A stretch of 63,754 nt of DNA, counting the filler, from Chiloscyllium plagiosum (Eukaryota), in the NCBI RefSeq assembly GCF_004010195.1. It is 3 parts of one record of this genome, joined end to end, with 100 filler letters (N's around TTAATTAATTAA, not from the genome) between each part and the next. Parts side by side here need not be neighbours in the genome. Positions count along the whole stretch, not along the records: positions 17,026 to 40,192 come from NC_057710.1; 2 more parts are not named here. One strand, written 5' to 3'. A model generated the notes under the pieces. That model was given only the letters and a program-made list of their open reading frames with translations, was not told the DNA's origin and did not search any database. Below are positions 23,879 to 36,998 of this stretch, in pieces (the stretch's first letter is position 1; each line of letters starts with the position of its first letter). Made by a program: the position numbers and the translations under genes.

Positions 23879-25470
23879 AGTCATAGAGTCATAGAGTCAT
23901 AGAGATGTACAGCATGGAAACAGACCCTTCGGTACAACACGTCCATGCCAACCAGATATCCCAACCCAATCTAGTCCCACCTGCCAGCGCCCGGCCCATA
24001 TCACTCCAAACCCTTCCTATTCATATACCCATCCAAATGCCTTTTAAATGTTGCAATTATACCAGCCTCCACCATGTCCTCTGGCAGCTCATTCCATACA
24101 TGTACCACCCTCTGCGTGAAACAGTTGCACCTTAGGTCTCTTTCCCCTCTCACCCTAAACCTATGCCCTCTAGTTCTGGACTCCCTGACCCCAGGTAAAA
24201 AACTTTGTCTATTTATCNNNNNNNNNNNNNNNNNNNNNNNNNNNNNNNNNNNNNNNNNNNNNNNNNNNNNNNNNNNNNNNNNNNNNNNNNNNNNNNNNNN
24301 NNNNNNNNNNNNNNNNNNNNNNNNNNNNNNNNNNNNNNNNNNNNNNNNNNNNNNNNNNNNNNNNNNNNNNNNNNNNNNNNNNNNNNNNNNNNNNNNNNNN
24401 NNNNNNNNNNNNNNNNNNNNNNNNNNNNNNNNNNNNNNNNNNNNNNNNNNNNNNNNNNNNNNNNNNNNNNNNNNNNNNNNNNNNNNNNNNNNNNNNNNNN
24501 NNNNNNNNNNNNNNNNNNNNNNNNNNNNNNNNNNNNNNNNNNNNNNNNNNNNNNNNNNNNNNNNNNNNNNNNNNNNNNNNNNNNNNNNNNNNNNNNNNNN
24601 NNNNNNNNNNNNNNNNNNNNNNNNNNNNNNNNNNNNNNNNNNNNNNNNNNNNNNNNNNNNNNNNNNNNNNNNNNNNNNNNNNNNNNNNNNNNNNNNNNNN
24701 NNNNNNNNNNNNNNNNNNNNNNNNNNNNNNNNNNNNNNNNNNNNNNNNNNNNNNNNNNNNNNNNNNNNNNNNNNNNNNNNNNNNNNTCTCCCATGGGGAA
24801 CCTTGTCAAACGCCTTACTGAAGTCCATATAAGTCACATCTACTGCTCTGCCCTCACCAATCTTCTTTGTTACTTCTTCACAAAACTCAATCAAGTTTGT
24901 GAGACATGATTTCCCACGCACAAAGCCATGTTGACTATCCCTAATCAGTCCTTGCCTTTCGAAATACATATACATCCTGTCCCTCAGGTTTCCCTCCAAC
25001 AACTTGCCCACCACCGAGGTCAGGCTCAACGGTCTATAGTTCCCTGGCTTGTCCTTACGGCCCTTCTTAAACAGTGGCACCACGTTTGCCAACCTCCAAT
25101 CTTCTGGCACCTCACCTGTGACTATCAATGATACAAATATCTCAGCAAGAGGCCAGCAATCACTTCTCTAGATTTCCACAGAGTTCTCGGATACACCTGA
25201 TCAGGTCCTGGGGATTTATCCACTTTTAACCGTTTCAAGGCATCCAGCAGTTCCTCCTCTGTAATCTGGACATTTTGCAAGATGTCACCATCTATTTCCC
25301 TACAGTCTATATCTTCCTTATCCTTTTCCACAGTAAATACTGATGCAAAATATTCATTTAGTATCTCCCCCATTTTCTGTGGCTCCACACAAAGGCCGCC
25401 ATGCTGATGTTGAGGGGCCCTATTCTCTCCCTAGTTACCCTTTTGTCCTTAACATATTTGTAAAAACCCT
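23879..25470 (-). mobile_element. Young CR1 LINE, 5'-truncated ORF2 (RT)
   Basis: KSPGPDQVYPRTL, WRLANVVPLFKKG...NYRPLSLTSVVGKLLE, QHGFVRGKSCLTNL and YMDFSKAFDKVPHGR motifs. (GAGTCATA)n tail. Gap at 24218-24786. Confidence 0.92.
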
Positions 25471-28400
25471 ATCATTGAACATATTGAGCATCGAGCCTGA
25501 TGAATGTTCATAAATTCCTTATAGAATTCGCTGGGAAGTCCATCAGGACTGGGCCCCTTTCCACTCTGAAGCTGCTTCACAGCCTCCTGTACCTCTTGCT
25601 CTGATAAGGAAGCATTGAGAAAAGACTTTTCTATAGGGCTCTCGCCCAGGAGCTCCCAGTCCTTGAAAAAGGGCTCCATCTTGGCCCGCCCCTCCTCACA
25701 ACCCTCAAATTGGTATAACTTAGAGTAAAATCTCTGGAATGCCACATAAATCTTTTTGGAGTCACATGTTAGGTTCCCAGACTCTTCCCTAACCGCCATA
25801 ATGGCTTGAGAGGCGCTTCTTTTCCTGGTGAGATATGCTAAATATTTGCCTGGCTTGTCACCATGCTCATATAACCTTTGCTTTGCAAAACTAAACTCCT
25901 TCTTTGCTGTCTGCGTGAGCACGGAATTCAATGCAGACTGCAGCACCATAATCCTCTGTAGCTTGGCCAACAAGGGCCTATCATAGCAAGCCTTCTTGAA
26001 TGCCTTCAACCATGCTTCGAGGAGATGAGGCTGCTCACCCTTCTGCTGGTTCCTACTGGCAGAGTAGGAAATAACTAACTCCCAGGCATAGGCTTTGGCA
26101 GTTTCCCAAAGGATGGGTGGGCTACTAATCGAGCCTGAGGTAATGTCTAAGAATGCCCGAAATTCCCGGGAGAAGTACTCCACAAACATATTATCCTTGA
26201 GGGTTAAGGGATCCATTCGCCAGTGCCTCGGACCCACTGTAACTCCCTTAGTCTTAACCAACAGGTACACTGGAGTGTGTTCGGGGATGGTAATATTACC
26301 AAGTCCTGGGTTGCCACAGGGGTCAGAAAAAAAAAATCAGTCATTGTGTGACATCTGTGCGGATTGGAAAAATATGTAAAATCCTTACCTGTAGAATGGA
26401 CATGCCTCCAGACATTCATCAACCCTAACTCCACACACAGATCCACTAATTGTTTGGTTTGTACAGAGGGCAATCATTCTACTGTGGGATCCATGAGACA
26501 TTTAAAATTTCCCCCTGTAATGATAGGCTGGGACTCGAGACTGATCAAATTAGAGAACGCATCTACCAGACATTTGAGGGGATGGGCCGAAGGGCAATAA
26601 ACATTTAAAACACCATATTCTTCCCCATTTATTTGAGAATTACAAACCTCCCATATATGTCTTTACCACACTCTCGTAACTTAAATGGGAAATAATCAAT
26701 ATAACAACTCCTCTACTTCCCGTATTAAAAGATGAAAAGTAAACTCGATCAAAACCATTCTGTTGCAGTTTCAAATGCTCCCTATCATCCAAGTGTGTCT
26801 CCTGTAAAAAAGCAATATCCACTCTCTCCTTTCTAAGACTCGAAAATACTTATTTCTCTTAATTGGTGAATGACTCCCCTTGATGTTCCAGGTACACCAT
26901 TTAATCAAGTCATTAGCCATAAACTTCTGCAGTAACATTTAACTTCCAGAGAGGAGGAACTTGAACCACAAATTGCTGAGCCTTATTGTCACAAGATCCA
27001 TCGAACATAAAAACTACATAAACTAAAACCACTGTACTTAACAAACCTACAAAGTTATCAAAGATTATATACAACAAAAACCAAATAAAAACCCAACATA
27101 TAAAGAGCCAACAGTGTTGAACAGGGGAACTCACCCCCTGCCCAAAGGGGGCAACTACCCATCCCAAAATCCAACTTCCCATCCCGCTGCCAAGACTGCA
27201 GCCTGAGCATTTAAATACCTGAACTGGGTATAAACTGCCCGTAAGTAGGCATCTTGCCATCCCAACCATTTTCCCTCCTCCTAGCTAGAGCCACACCGCA
27301 AATACAAGCAGAAAGGAAAGAAAATACACTATGGAATAGCAATGTTAACAAAGAAATTTTGAAGCAAAAGGGTCAATATCCCAACCATCCTTTTGTATAA
27401 ATTAACTTAGAAATTGAAAGTACACATCTCAGCCTCCGCCAAGCATAGTTTAAACCAAATTATTACCAGTGGAAAAAAGGAAAAGAAAACCCCGACCGGA
27501 CTTCCTGTTTTTTTAAGGAGAGAAACAAAGACACACCCAAACAACACTGCTATTTGTACATACTAAATTGTTCAGATTAAGTTAATTTGCCCACAAGGTC
27601 TCTTGCCTTCTCCGACATGTCAAAGAGATGTACGGATCCATCTAATGATCTAATGCCCGAGGCACCGCTGGATACCTTGGAGAGTACTGGATCCCAAGGT
27701 CCCTCAGTCTTCTTTTGACACTGTCATAAGATTTTCTTTTCTGGATCACCGCCACTGAGAAGTCCTGGAAGAGCGTGATCTTAGAGCCCTCATAAACTAG
27801 GGCATTTGGATCCTTCCCCTGGAATTTTGGAAGCTTCCACGATTCTCTCCTTATCTCTGTAATGATGAAACCGCACAAAGAGAGGACGAGAACGTTGATC
27901 CAGACCTGACCTCCGCCCTGTGACCCAGTGTGCCCTCTTGATCTTCAAGCCCCTCATTCCAGCCTCCAAGTTAAAGGAATTTCAGCAACCAGTCCTCAGT
28001 ACATTCCGTCAACTGTTCACCTTTCTTACCCACCGGCAAACCGACGGTCCAAATATTTTTTCTCCTGCCCCTGTTTTCGAGATAATCAACCTGGTCAAGC
28101 AAATTACGGGCCTGTATCTCCAGGACTTGGATCCTATCCTTGGAGGAACTGGTATCAGCTTCCACCACTGTGACTGTGTTCAACCTCATCAGTCCTCTTT
28201 TCCAGGTCTCCCAGCTGCTGTTCATGCTTCTGCAGCATGATAGAGATTGGGGCCAGCTTCTCCTCTATCTGCTTACCCAGTATCTCGCGAGATTTCATGA
28301 GCTCCTTCACCAGGTAAGTAATCGTGTCTGAGAATCCTGCAGGCTGGGCTGCAGGCATAGCCTCGGTCACTCCTCCTTCCTTATTCAGCATTCCTAGATG

Positions 28401-28575
28401 GTGAAAATCCAGGCAAGTTGATTTTCAACAATTCCCTGGGACTCCATGACCTTTCCAGAGTCCCAGGATATCGCAATGGTCTGGGTTGGGCGGGTTAAAC
28501 GTTTGTCCCGCTTGTGCTATGGTGTGGCACTCTGCAATGCGATCCTCCTAGATCGCCGCCATCTTGGATACCCCC
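25471..28575 (-). mobile_element. L1-clade LINE, 5' half (5'UTR, ORF1, spacer, ORF2 endonuclease and tether), RT missing
   Basis: 5' end GGGGGTATCCAAGATGGCGGC. Disrupted ORF1 at ~28391-27580 (LENRGRRKNI..VGLP, FQDFS...KRKSY...RYPA). ORF2 from ATG 26920: MANDLIKWCTWNIKG, DIAFLQETHL, LWETAKAY, GKGPSPDGLPSEFYKEF. Confidence 0.88.
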
Positions 28576-28759
28576 TTTCATTGTAATTTAGCTACAGTGT
28601 TTGAATAAATTGTGCTTTGCTTAACGGCAAGTTGTTCAAACAGTCGAAGTACATTTGGAACACAGCCCCTTACATTTGCTTTTAAAATAAGAAAAGGTTA
28701 AGGTCTGTGCTACCTTTTTAAAACATTTTGAGGGGGTCTGGTCTGGTCAATGACATTAA

Positions 28760-29990
28760 TCAGTTGGGAACAATTTCAAAGTTGGAAGATGATACTGAAC
28801 TTGGTAGAATTGGAAACTGTGAGGAAGACAGTGTAGAACTCCAGAAGGGAACTGACAAGTTGATGAAATGGCAAGTGAAGTTCAATGCAGAGAAGTGTGA
28901 GGTAATAATCTTTGGTCAGAAGAAGATTGAAAGACAATATGGAATTGAGGATATAATTCAAAAGGAGCAGTTGGACCTGGGTGTACATGTGCACAGATCT
29001 TTGAAAGTGGCAGGACAGACGGAGAAAGTAATTCATAAAGCATACAGTGTCCTTGGCTTTATTATTAGGGGCATAGGGTATAAAAGCAGAGTGGTGATAT
29101 TGAATTTGTATAAGGCCTCAGCTGGAGAATTGTAGGTGCTATACTATGGGAAAGATGTGAATGCACTGGAAATAGTACAGAGTGATTTGCAAGTTAGCTT
29201 GCAGGAATGAGAAACTTCATTTATGATTGAAGAGGTTGGGACTGCTCTCCTTGGAGAGAAGAAGGCTGAAAGGAAATATGGTAGACATTTTGAAAATCAT
29301 GAGTGGGCTGGATAGAATCAGTAGGTTCCCACTTATAAAAGAAATCAGAAGGTAAAGATGAGAAGGCTATCAGATCCATTTGTTCCAATCAATGAAACAG
29401 ACTGTGTACCAATATTGTACCTAGAGAGAGCTGATAGTTAGGGAATCCTGGGTTTAGTACTTTCAAAACAATCTTTAAAGAGATGTGCCAAAGAAAAGAA
29501 AGCTTTTTCACACAGCATATAATATGGAATGCATTGCCAGGAAGTGTGGTGGAAGCAGGTTCGATTGAAGCATTCAAGATGGCATTGGATCATCATTTGG
29601 AGAAAAGTATTGCAAGGTTATGGGGAAAAACAGGAGATTGTCATGAAGTAGCTCGTTTGAAGGGCTGGTGCAGGCACAATAGGTCGAAAGGCCACTTGTG
29701 CACTTCAACAATTCTGTAAACATGGTTATATGAAAGGAATACTATATTCAACTAACTTTTCAGAGTTCTTTGACCATTACTGGTCAATGTACCGGACTTA
29801 GGTTTCCAGAAGGCTTTTGATAAGGTGCCATTTGAAAAATCATTATTAAAAAAAGCTCATGGTAAATATAGTAGCACATTGGCCTGGATAGAAGATCAGC
29901 TAACTTACAGGAAACAGAGAGCAGTCATAAATGGGTCATTTTCTGTTTGGCAAGATGTAACAAATGGTATTCCACAGAGGTCAGTAAACT
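28760..29990 (+). mobile_element. Old CR1 fragments
   Basis: ISKLEDDTELG...WQVKFNAEKCEV, FFTQHIIWNALPGSVVEA and FQKAFDKVP...WIEDQLTYRKQR motifs. Confidence 0.8.
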
Positions 29991-30834
29991 TTTACATTTT
30001 TTTACTGAGTTCAGGCTGATTATTTATGTAGGCTGGGCAACCAGTGAGATACCTGCCAGAAAGAAAGAGCTCACCAATGTTGAGGGAGGAAGTAACAATT
30101 ATAGCAGCTGCACTGGAGATAGAAATCAATCTTACAGGAACAGAAGAGCCACGAAAATGAAGTCAAATTTTTCCACTGAAAGACTGACACTGGATTAAGA
30201 CCTGTGACTGGTAAAGGTGAGAAGGCTGTATCAGATCCATTTGTTCCAATCAGTGAAACAGACAGTGTACCAATACTGTACCTTGAAAGAGCTGATAGTT
30301 AGGGAATCCTGAGTTTAGTACTTTCAAAACAAAGAAACCGGACAGCTTGCTGAGCCTAACCTCTCCACTGTGCCATTTACTTGGGGTGAGTGATGAGAGG
30401 TCATCAATTTAAAATTGTCAACAAGAGAGTGGGGAGGAATGTTAGGAGAAACTTGTTTACGCAGAGTTGTTGGAACAACAAATGCTTTACCACAGGGAAT
30501 AATTAAGACAGAGACTGTTGCATTTTTTTAAGGGAGTGGCAGACAAATATTGAGAAAAGAGGAAGAAGATCAATTCTGAGTGAAAAATGGGATGTTTTAG
30601 ATCTGGAAACAAGTGCAGGCAAAGTTTTTTAACTGTATTGCTTCACTGGACTTTATACTGAGACTTGGCAGAAGACAGATGAAAACTTTAAAGAGATGAT
30701 GTAATCTACCAAAGCTGTGCTGGGAGATTTGAAGAACTACGCTGGATAGTTTACTTCAATTGTTTCTATTTGGTAAGCTTCAATGTTCTTTAATATAATG
30801 TGGTGAGATGTTAGCGTGGTATTGATTTTAAAAC

Positions 30835-32090
30835 TTACTGCGCCTTCTTCTTGTCATTTCCTTGTACACGACAGACTGAGGAGATTGTACGCATTAGTTT
30901 CAGGCTCACTGGTGGCCAATCAGGGCTATCTGTAATTGGCAGATTCTCCCACGGAGGGTTCAGGTGATTGGATCTCTTCATCTGCTCCTTTTCTCGAGCA
31001 TGCTCACTCCTCGCCCATGCTTAAAGTTTCCTGATGTATCATCTCCATGATAATCTGTGCTTACCATGAGTGATGGTTGATGTGATACACCAAGGAGTAT
31101 CTTCAGGAAGTCCTTGAAATATTTGCGTGGGACCCATCTCTTCCATTTAGCAGTGATCGGCTATCCATATAGAGTCATAGAGCTGTACAGCAAAGAAACA
31201 TTCCCTTCTGGTCAACACGTCCATGCCACCCAGCTAATCTAACCTAATTTAGTCCCAGTTGCCACCACGTGGCCCATATCCCTCTAAACCCTTCCTATTC
31301 ATATACCCATACTGATGCCTTTTAAATGCTATAATTGTACCAGCCTCCACCACTTCTTCTGGCAGCTCATTGCATACATGTACAACTCTCTGCATGAAAA
31401 CATTGCCCCTTAGGTCCCTTTTAAATTTTTATCCTCTCACCCTTAACCTGTGCCCTCTAGTTCTGGATTCCTCCACCCCAGGGAAAAGACCTTGTCTCTT
31501 TATCCTATCCATGCCCCTCATGATTTTATACACCTCAATAAGGTCACCCCTCAACCTCTGACGCTCCAGGGAAAACAGTCCCAGCCATATAAAATGATCT
31601 TGGCCAGGCACCATGAAAACGTGCCCCTTAGGTCCCTTTTAAATTTTTATCCTCTCACCCTTAACCCGTGCCCTCTAGTTCTGGATTCCTCCACCCCAGG
31701 GAAAAGACCTTGTCTCTTTATCCTATCCATGCCCCTCATGATTTTATACACCTCAATAAGGTCACCCCTCAACCTCTGACGCTCCAGGGAAAACAGTCCC
31801 AGCCATATAAAATGATCTTGGCCAGGCACCAGTTCTCCATTCATTCTGAAGTGAAGTCAGCGCTGAGATCAGGGTATTTCCAGCTGCTCCATAAGGCTGC
31901 ATGATATTTATCTCTGCACAATGAGCGTTGCAGGTTGCTGACATAAAATTCCTTTGATGGGTTATCTCTAGGACTATTCTTGGGCTTAGGTTTGAAATTA
32001 AAGTTCAGCTTTGAGTGAGTGGGCTGATGGTGTGTACTACAGTCCAAACTGTGCATGATCTATTGTGTAGGATGTCCTTTAAGTCCCACA
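30835..32090 (-). mobile_element. RTE-clade LINE 3' remnant split by a CR1 insertion
   Basis: The minus strand has decayed (Y)GEL..G and RKYFKDFLK motifs typical of RTE C-termini, on both sides of the CR1 piece. Confidence 0.5.
31172..31831 (-). mobile_element. CR1 3' fragment with a ~219-bp tandem duplication
   Basis: LGLFSLERQRLRGDLIEVYKIMRG occurs twice. TSD-like CCATATA at 31165-31171 and 31585-31591. Confidence 0.88.
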
Positions 32091-32403
32091 AGCACATCAA
32101 AATGTAGAATCACAAAGTTAGCATGTTTTAAAGCATGGATAAAGGCCCTTCAGCCCACAATGTCTATGTTGTGATTTAAGGGAGAGATTAATAGATTTCT
32201 AATTGCGAATGGCATATATGGTTATGGGGATTAGATGGTTAAACAACATTGAAGAGTTTGATCAGCCATAATGGTACTGAATGGTGTGGCAGACCTGATG
32301 GGTGAATGGTCTACTTCTGTTCCCATGTTCCTATCAAGTACCAATCCCATGTTCCAATACTTGGCCCATAACCCTGTATGTAATAGCACTTGAAATTATA
32401 ATG

Positions 32404-32492
32404 CTGAAAATGTGTTGCTGGAAAAGCGCAGCAGGTCAGGCAGCATCCAAGGAGCAGGAGAATCGACGTTTCAGGCATGAGCCCTTCTTCAG
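32404..32492 (-). mobile_element. ~90-bp PLE-derived cassette consisting of an HHR plus 3' terminus
   Basis: 12-bp TSD-like GAAATTATAATG (32392-32403) / GAAATTACAATG (32493-32504). Inserted in an old CR1 3' end. Confidence 0.8.
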
Positions 32493-32495
32493 GAA
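32461..32495 (-). ncRNA. Minimal hammerhead ribozyme motif
   Basis: Minus strand reads TTC-CTGAAGA-A-GGGC-TCAT-GCCT-GAAA-CGTC-GA, with all core residues present. Confidence 0.72.
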
Positions 32496-35400
32496 ATTAC
32501 AATGTCAACATTATTATAGTTTCTGCCTCTACCATTCTTTCAAGTAGTGAGTTCCAAATGCTTGCCATTATCTGGGTGAAAAAACATATTAAGTCACCTC
32601 TAAACCTCCTGCCCCTTGCTTCAATTCCATGCCCCAGTTATTGATCACTCCATTAAGGAGAAACGTTTCTTCCTATCTATCTTTTTATTTGCCCCTCATA
32701 ATCTTGTAAACTTCAATCAGGCCTCTCCCCTCAGACTACTCTGCTCTGAGAGAAACAATCCCAGTCTACTGAGTCTCTCTTCAAAGCTAAAATGATCCTG
32801 TCCATGCAGGATCCTGGTGCATATCCTCTGCACTCTCTGTCATTCGAACAAATCCTTCCTACAATGTGACAACCAGAACTGTGCACTATATTCCAGCTGT
32901 GGTCTAACTATTATTATAACATCCCTGCCCTTGTATACAATGTTCTTGGTTATTAAATGTAAATATTCCATGTACCTTCTTAACCACCTTAACTTACCTT
33001 CAAGGACTTGTGGACATATACACCAAAGTCCTTCTTAGGGTTTGTCCTTCCTAGGGTCCTACCATTCATTATGTACTCATTTGCTTTCTAATCTCTGACC
33101 AGCCAGTCCATATTGCTCTGTAGTCCAATGCTTTCACCCTCACTATTTACCACACCATCATTTTTTGCAGCAGCTTCAAATTTATTGACAAACCTACATC
33201 TATTCTAGATCTTTAAAGTGCACTAAAAACAACAAGAGACCAATACTGAACCCTATGATACATCACATACACAAGCTTTCAGTTGCAAAAACACTACAAC
33301 TGTCATTCTCTGCTCCAGCTAGTAAGCCAATTTTGGATCCAATTTTCCAAAAGCCCTGGATCTCATGCATTACCTTGTAAAAAATCTTATTGAAGTCCAT
33401 GCAGACTACATCCACTGCACTACCCTCACTTACGCATCTAATCACCTCCTCAAAAATCTCAATCAAACCTGTCAGACATGATCTCCCACGAGCAAAGCTA
33501 TACTGAGTCTCCTTGATTAATCTTTGTCAGGGATTCAGATACCTGAATTCTACTTGGTCAGTAGAACATATAGCCAATTTTGGATTCTCTAAGGTGCCCT
33601 TGTTTTGAGAAGCAGTCCACTCTGGCTGAACACCTTTTAGGACAAGCATTTCTTCCATAACACAGCAGGCAAGGCCCAGAGTTGTCTTTTGAGGCAAGGT
33701 TCATGTTTTCTACAGTGTCACCTCTGGCTATATTACAAGGTGACTATTGGCTGTGGCAAGCAAACTGTGTGATGGGGAGATGAGCATTTCTTTAAGCCCT
33801 CTTTTCTAGACTGCTCCAGGTCAGGGGTAAGTGGTGCTGTCTTTCAAAAATGCTGTGTGGTGTTATTGAGTAATGACTGTCTCTATGTCATCAGCAAAAC
33901 AATCAATATCCTGGTGTCCCCACACTGAGAATTGGAACTACAGCTGCCAGTGCCATCTTGCATCTGCTGTCATACCTTTGCCATTGCTGAAGGACTAACC
34001 TGTTGAGTTTCCATTGGGGTAGTCTCCTTTATTCAATCCTGATTGCAGAATGGAGCTTTAAAATAGAGTACAGATTCATGATGTAGAGTATATTTCTAAT
34101 GGGCCATGAGAATGATGGCAGGCCAGTTGACAAACCATTGGTTTGAGTTGAGAGTGTTTTTTTCCAACTGGATTGTTGACCAAGTAGTAAAAGGATTCCA
34201 TAGCTGGTAAACTACCAACCATTTTGTAGCAGGCTGCTCATTTGGGTTGTTAGGAATCTTTGCATCCTGGCCATTATCTTTATCAAGAAGACATTGGCCT
34301 AGGTCATGTCATATTCATCATTTCTTCCTCTATACACACTCCTGTTAACAATGTGCCAGAATGTGGCATTTGGAGGCAGCAGTGAAAGTTGGATTGGGTG
34401 AAGACCAATGATTCCAGTCTACTCTATAAGCCCTTGTCTGAAGATACAATATCTCTATCTGAAAATCCCATAAATGAGTTTCCTTCTATAAGTGAGGATG
34501 CCAGTGGACCAGAATCACAGTAAAAAGTGAACTATCAAATTACTGCTAGCAGTTCTTGTATCCTAACTACTGACATACTAGTAAAGATGTCCCCAGTGGT
34601 TTCAGTTAAACTTAATTTAGAGTTCCCGATGTATTTATAGTCACATGAGATAAAAGACCATTTTTCTACTCCTCACTTGCTCTGTGAGCATTCATGGTTG
34701 AACAGCAATATATTGCCAGTTTCAGTATTCACAGACCCACATTCAACAGTGCCCATTTCCTGTATAGTCTGTCAGTAAGTGGCAAGTGATCCAATTTCCG
34801 GTCCTCCCGATTTAAGTGAATACTCTGCCCACTCACTATCCTAAATTTGACCCCTTCATGTTATATACTGCTGCTTTAAGGAGGGAAAACTTCTGTGCTG
34901 GGGAAGATTGTCTGGACCTAGTGAAGAATGTATTAATTTTGAGCTATTTTACGGTTTCCAAGTAGGTCATAAAAGAAAAGAATGCAGATTGGCCTCAAAG
35001 GGAAACTTTGGGTCTCCGGTATTTGGACTCTCCTCGTCACTACAAAAGTCCTGTGACCCCATCTTTTCATTGTCGAGCTGGTGGTGAACTTCAATTGTCC
35101 TCCCTACGTAGGAATTTCAGTCATGCAAGAATTTATTTAACTGTCTTATGCTTATTGCTATGTTTTGTCGTCATTGAAAATTAAGTAATGTTGTAATTAG
35201 CATAGTAACTTCCTGTCGGGCTTAAATTACATTTTAAATAAAATAAATAGAATTAGATCTGGGAGAGAAATGGGTGTTCCATTTACCAGCAATTATTAGC
35301 GGATTTTTATCAAATTCATCACAGGGTTGTGACCAAGTGGGATGCAGTGCAGGGACCAAGCTGATTTTAACAGTGATGCCTCATGAACATGTCACAGGCT

Positions 35401-36419
35401 GCTCTCCTGATCAAAACAACTGGATCATTAGCAGAGGGCAGGCAGGTGGCCTGAAGGTCATCAACAAATTCAAAGTAAGTTAGGGAGAGGAGGAAAGCTG
35501 GCTTTGAGGGTGGTTTGTGACTTGTTAGGGAAATGAAAACAAGGGAGATTGAAACTTTCTATATCTGCTTCAGTCACTCCTGTGCATCTTTGTTCCATGT
35601 AAAAGAGCTTGAAGCTTTCTGCATGGACTTGTAAGTCATCTGACCAGCCTGCTTCCAAGAGGAATTGATATCAGGATTCCATTGAATTAACAGGATCAGA
35701 TTTTTGAGGTTTTGTGAAACTCCTGCCTTAGTCAGACAGGCAACTCAACCGTGTAAGAAATACTAAAATAGTCAGGTGGAAACAAATGATAAATGTACCT
35801 TTTGTATTTTGAATCATGCTTTGTCTATCTACTACTTTCAGAGAAAGTTAAAATTCCCTGTGAAACAGTCTGAGCTTTCTTGACAGGTTGGTTATTCATT
35901 AGTATTGACTTACAATGATTTTCACAATAACTTGAATTTTAATGGAGTCTGCGATGTCTCAAGCCAGGGTACAAAGGATGGATAACAAACATATCAAAAA
36001 CAACCATTTCTAAACATGCTTTCAGCAATAAGAGTCTTGAGGAACACTGAATTAAAATCGATGATGACAAGTTGGCTTACACTGCCACCTGGAGGTTAAC
36101 ACTTTTATATAAGTACATACAAAACATAATCGTGGAATTATGGAACAGTTAGGGAACATCAACTTTTTAATTTCTTGTTGCACCTATACACTAACCAATG
36201 TGCATGAGAACACCTAGATCCATTTGCATCTCAGATCATGACAACTTCTCACCATTTAGATCATACGCTTCTATTTGATTTAAACACAGGCACCTCAGGA
36301 GTCTCCTCTCGGCATTCCCCAGAAGTGGATGGGCCCTTCTCATTCTGCTCACCTTGGACCTTTGGAAATTGCAGCCAAAGGACGTTCGCTTGCCCTTGAT
36401 AGAATGACCTTCAGCATAA

Positions 36420-36998
36420 GGTCAGGTGGATTTGCCATGCTAAATTGCCCATAGTGTTTGGTGCATTAGTCAGAGGGAAATGGGTCTGGGTGGGTTACTC
36501 TTCGGAGGGTCGTTGTGGACTTGTTGGGCCAAAGGGCCTGTTTCCACACTGTAGGGAATCTAATCTAATCTAATATCTGGCCTAACCAGACACAACTGCC
36601 CCTGGGCTCATCCCACTAAACCTCCAGGGCCAAGCAGGCTCCCTGGGATGACACTAAAATACAATCCCAGAATCCCGATCATGTGGAAAAAGCCCATTCA
36701 GCCCATCAAGTCTGCACCAACCCTCTGAAGAGCATCCCACCCAGACCCACCTCCCACCTTATCCCTGGAACCCTACATTTCTCATGGCTAATCCACCTAG
36801 CCTGCACATCCCTGGACTCCACAGACAATCCACCTATCCTGCACATATTTGGACTGTGGGAGGAAACTGGAGCACCTGATGAAAACCCATGCAAAGTCAG
36901 GAAGACCATGCAAACTCCACACAGACAGCCACCCAAGGCTGGAATCAAACCCAGGTCCCTGGTGTTGTGAAGCAGCAGTGCTAACCACTGTGCTACCG
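36420..36998. mobile_element. Two HE1-like SINE copies (3' part + at 36420-36575; full - at 36670-36998)
   Basis: (AATCT)n tail on the first copy. The minus copy begins GGTAGCACAGTGGTTAGCACTGCTGC...GGGTTTGATTCC. Confidence 0.82.

Larger units (their letters stand above)
32105..33530 (-). mobile_element. Old fragmented CR1 LINE
   Basis: IEIFEEVIRCVSEGSAVDVVCMDFNKIF (ORF 33263-33466) plus decayed 3' region. Confidence 0.75.

Noticed and set aside
33540..35100. Possible additional retroelement (CFADDI on the minus strand near 33890)
   Set aside because: Only a single short motif, with frequent stops around it. I could not identify other RT motifs, so it is left unannotated.
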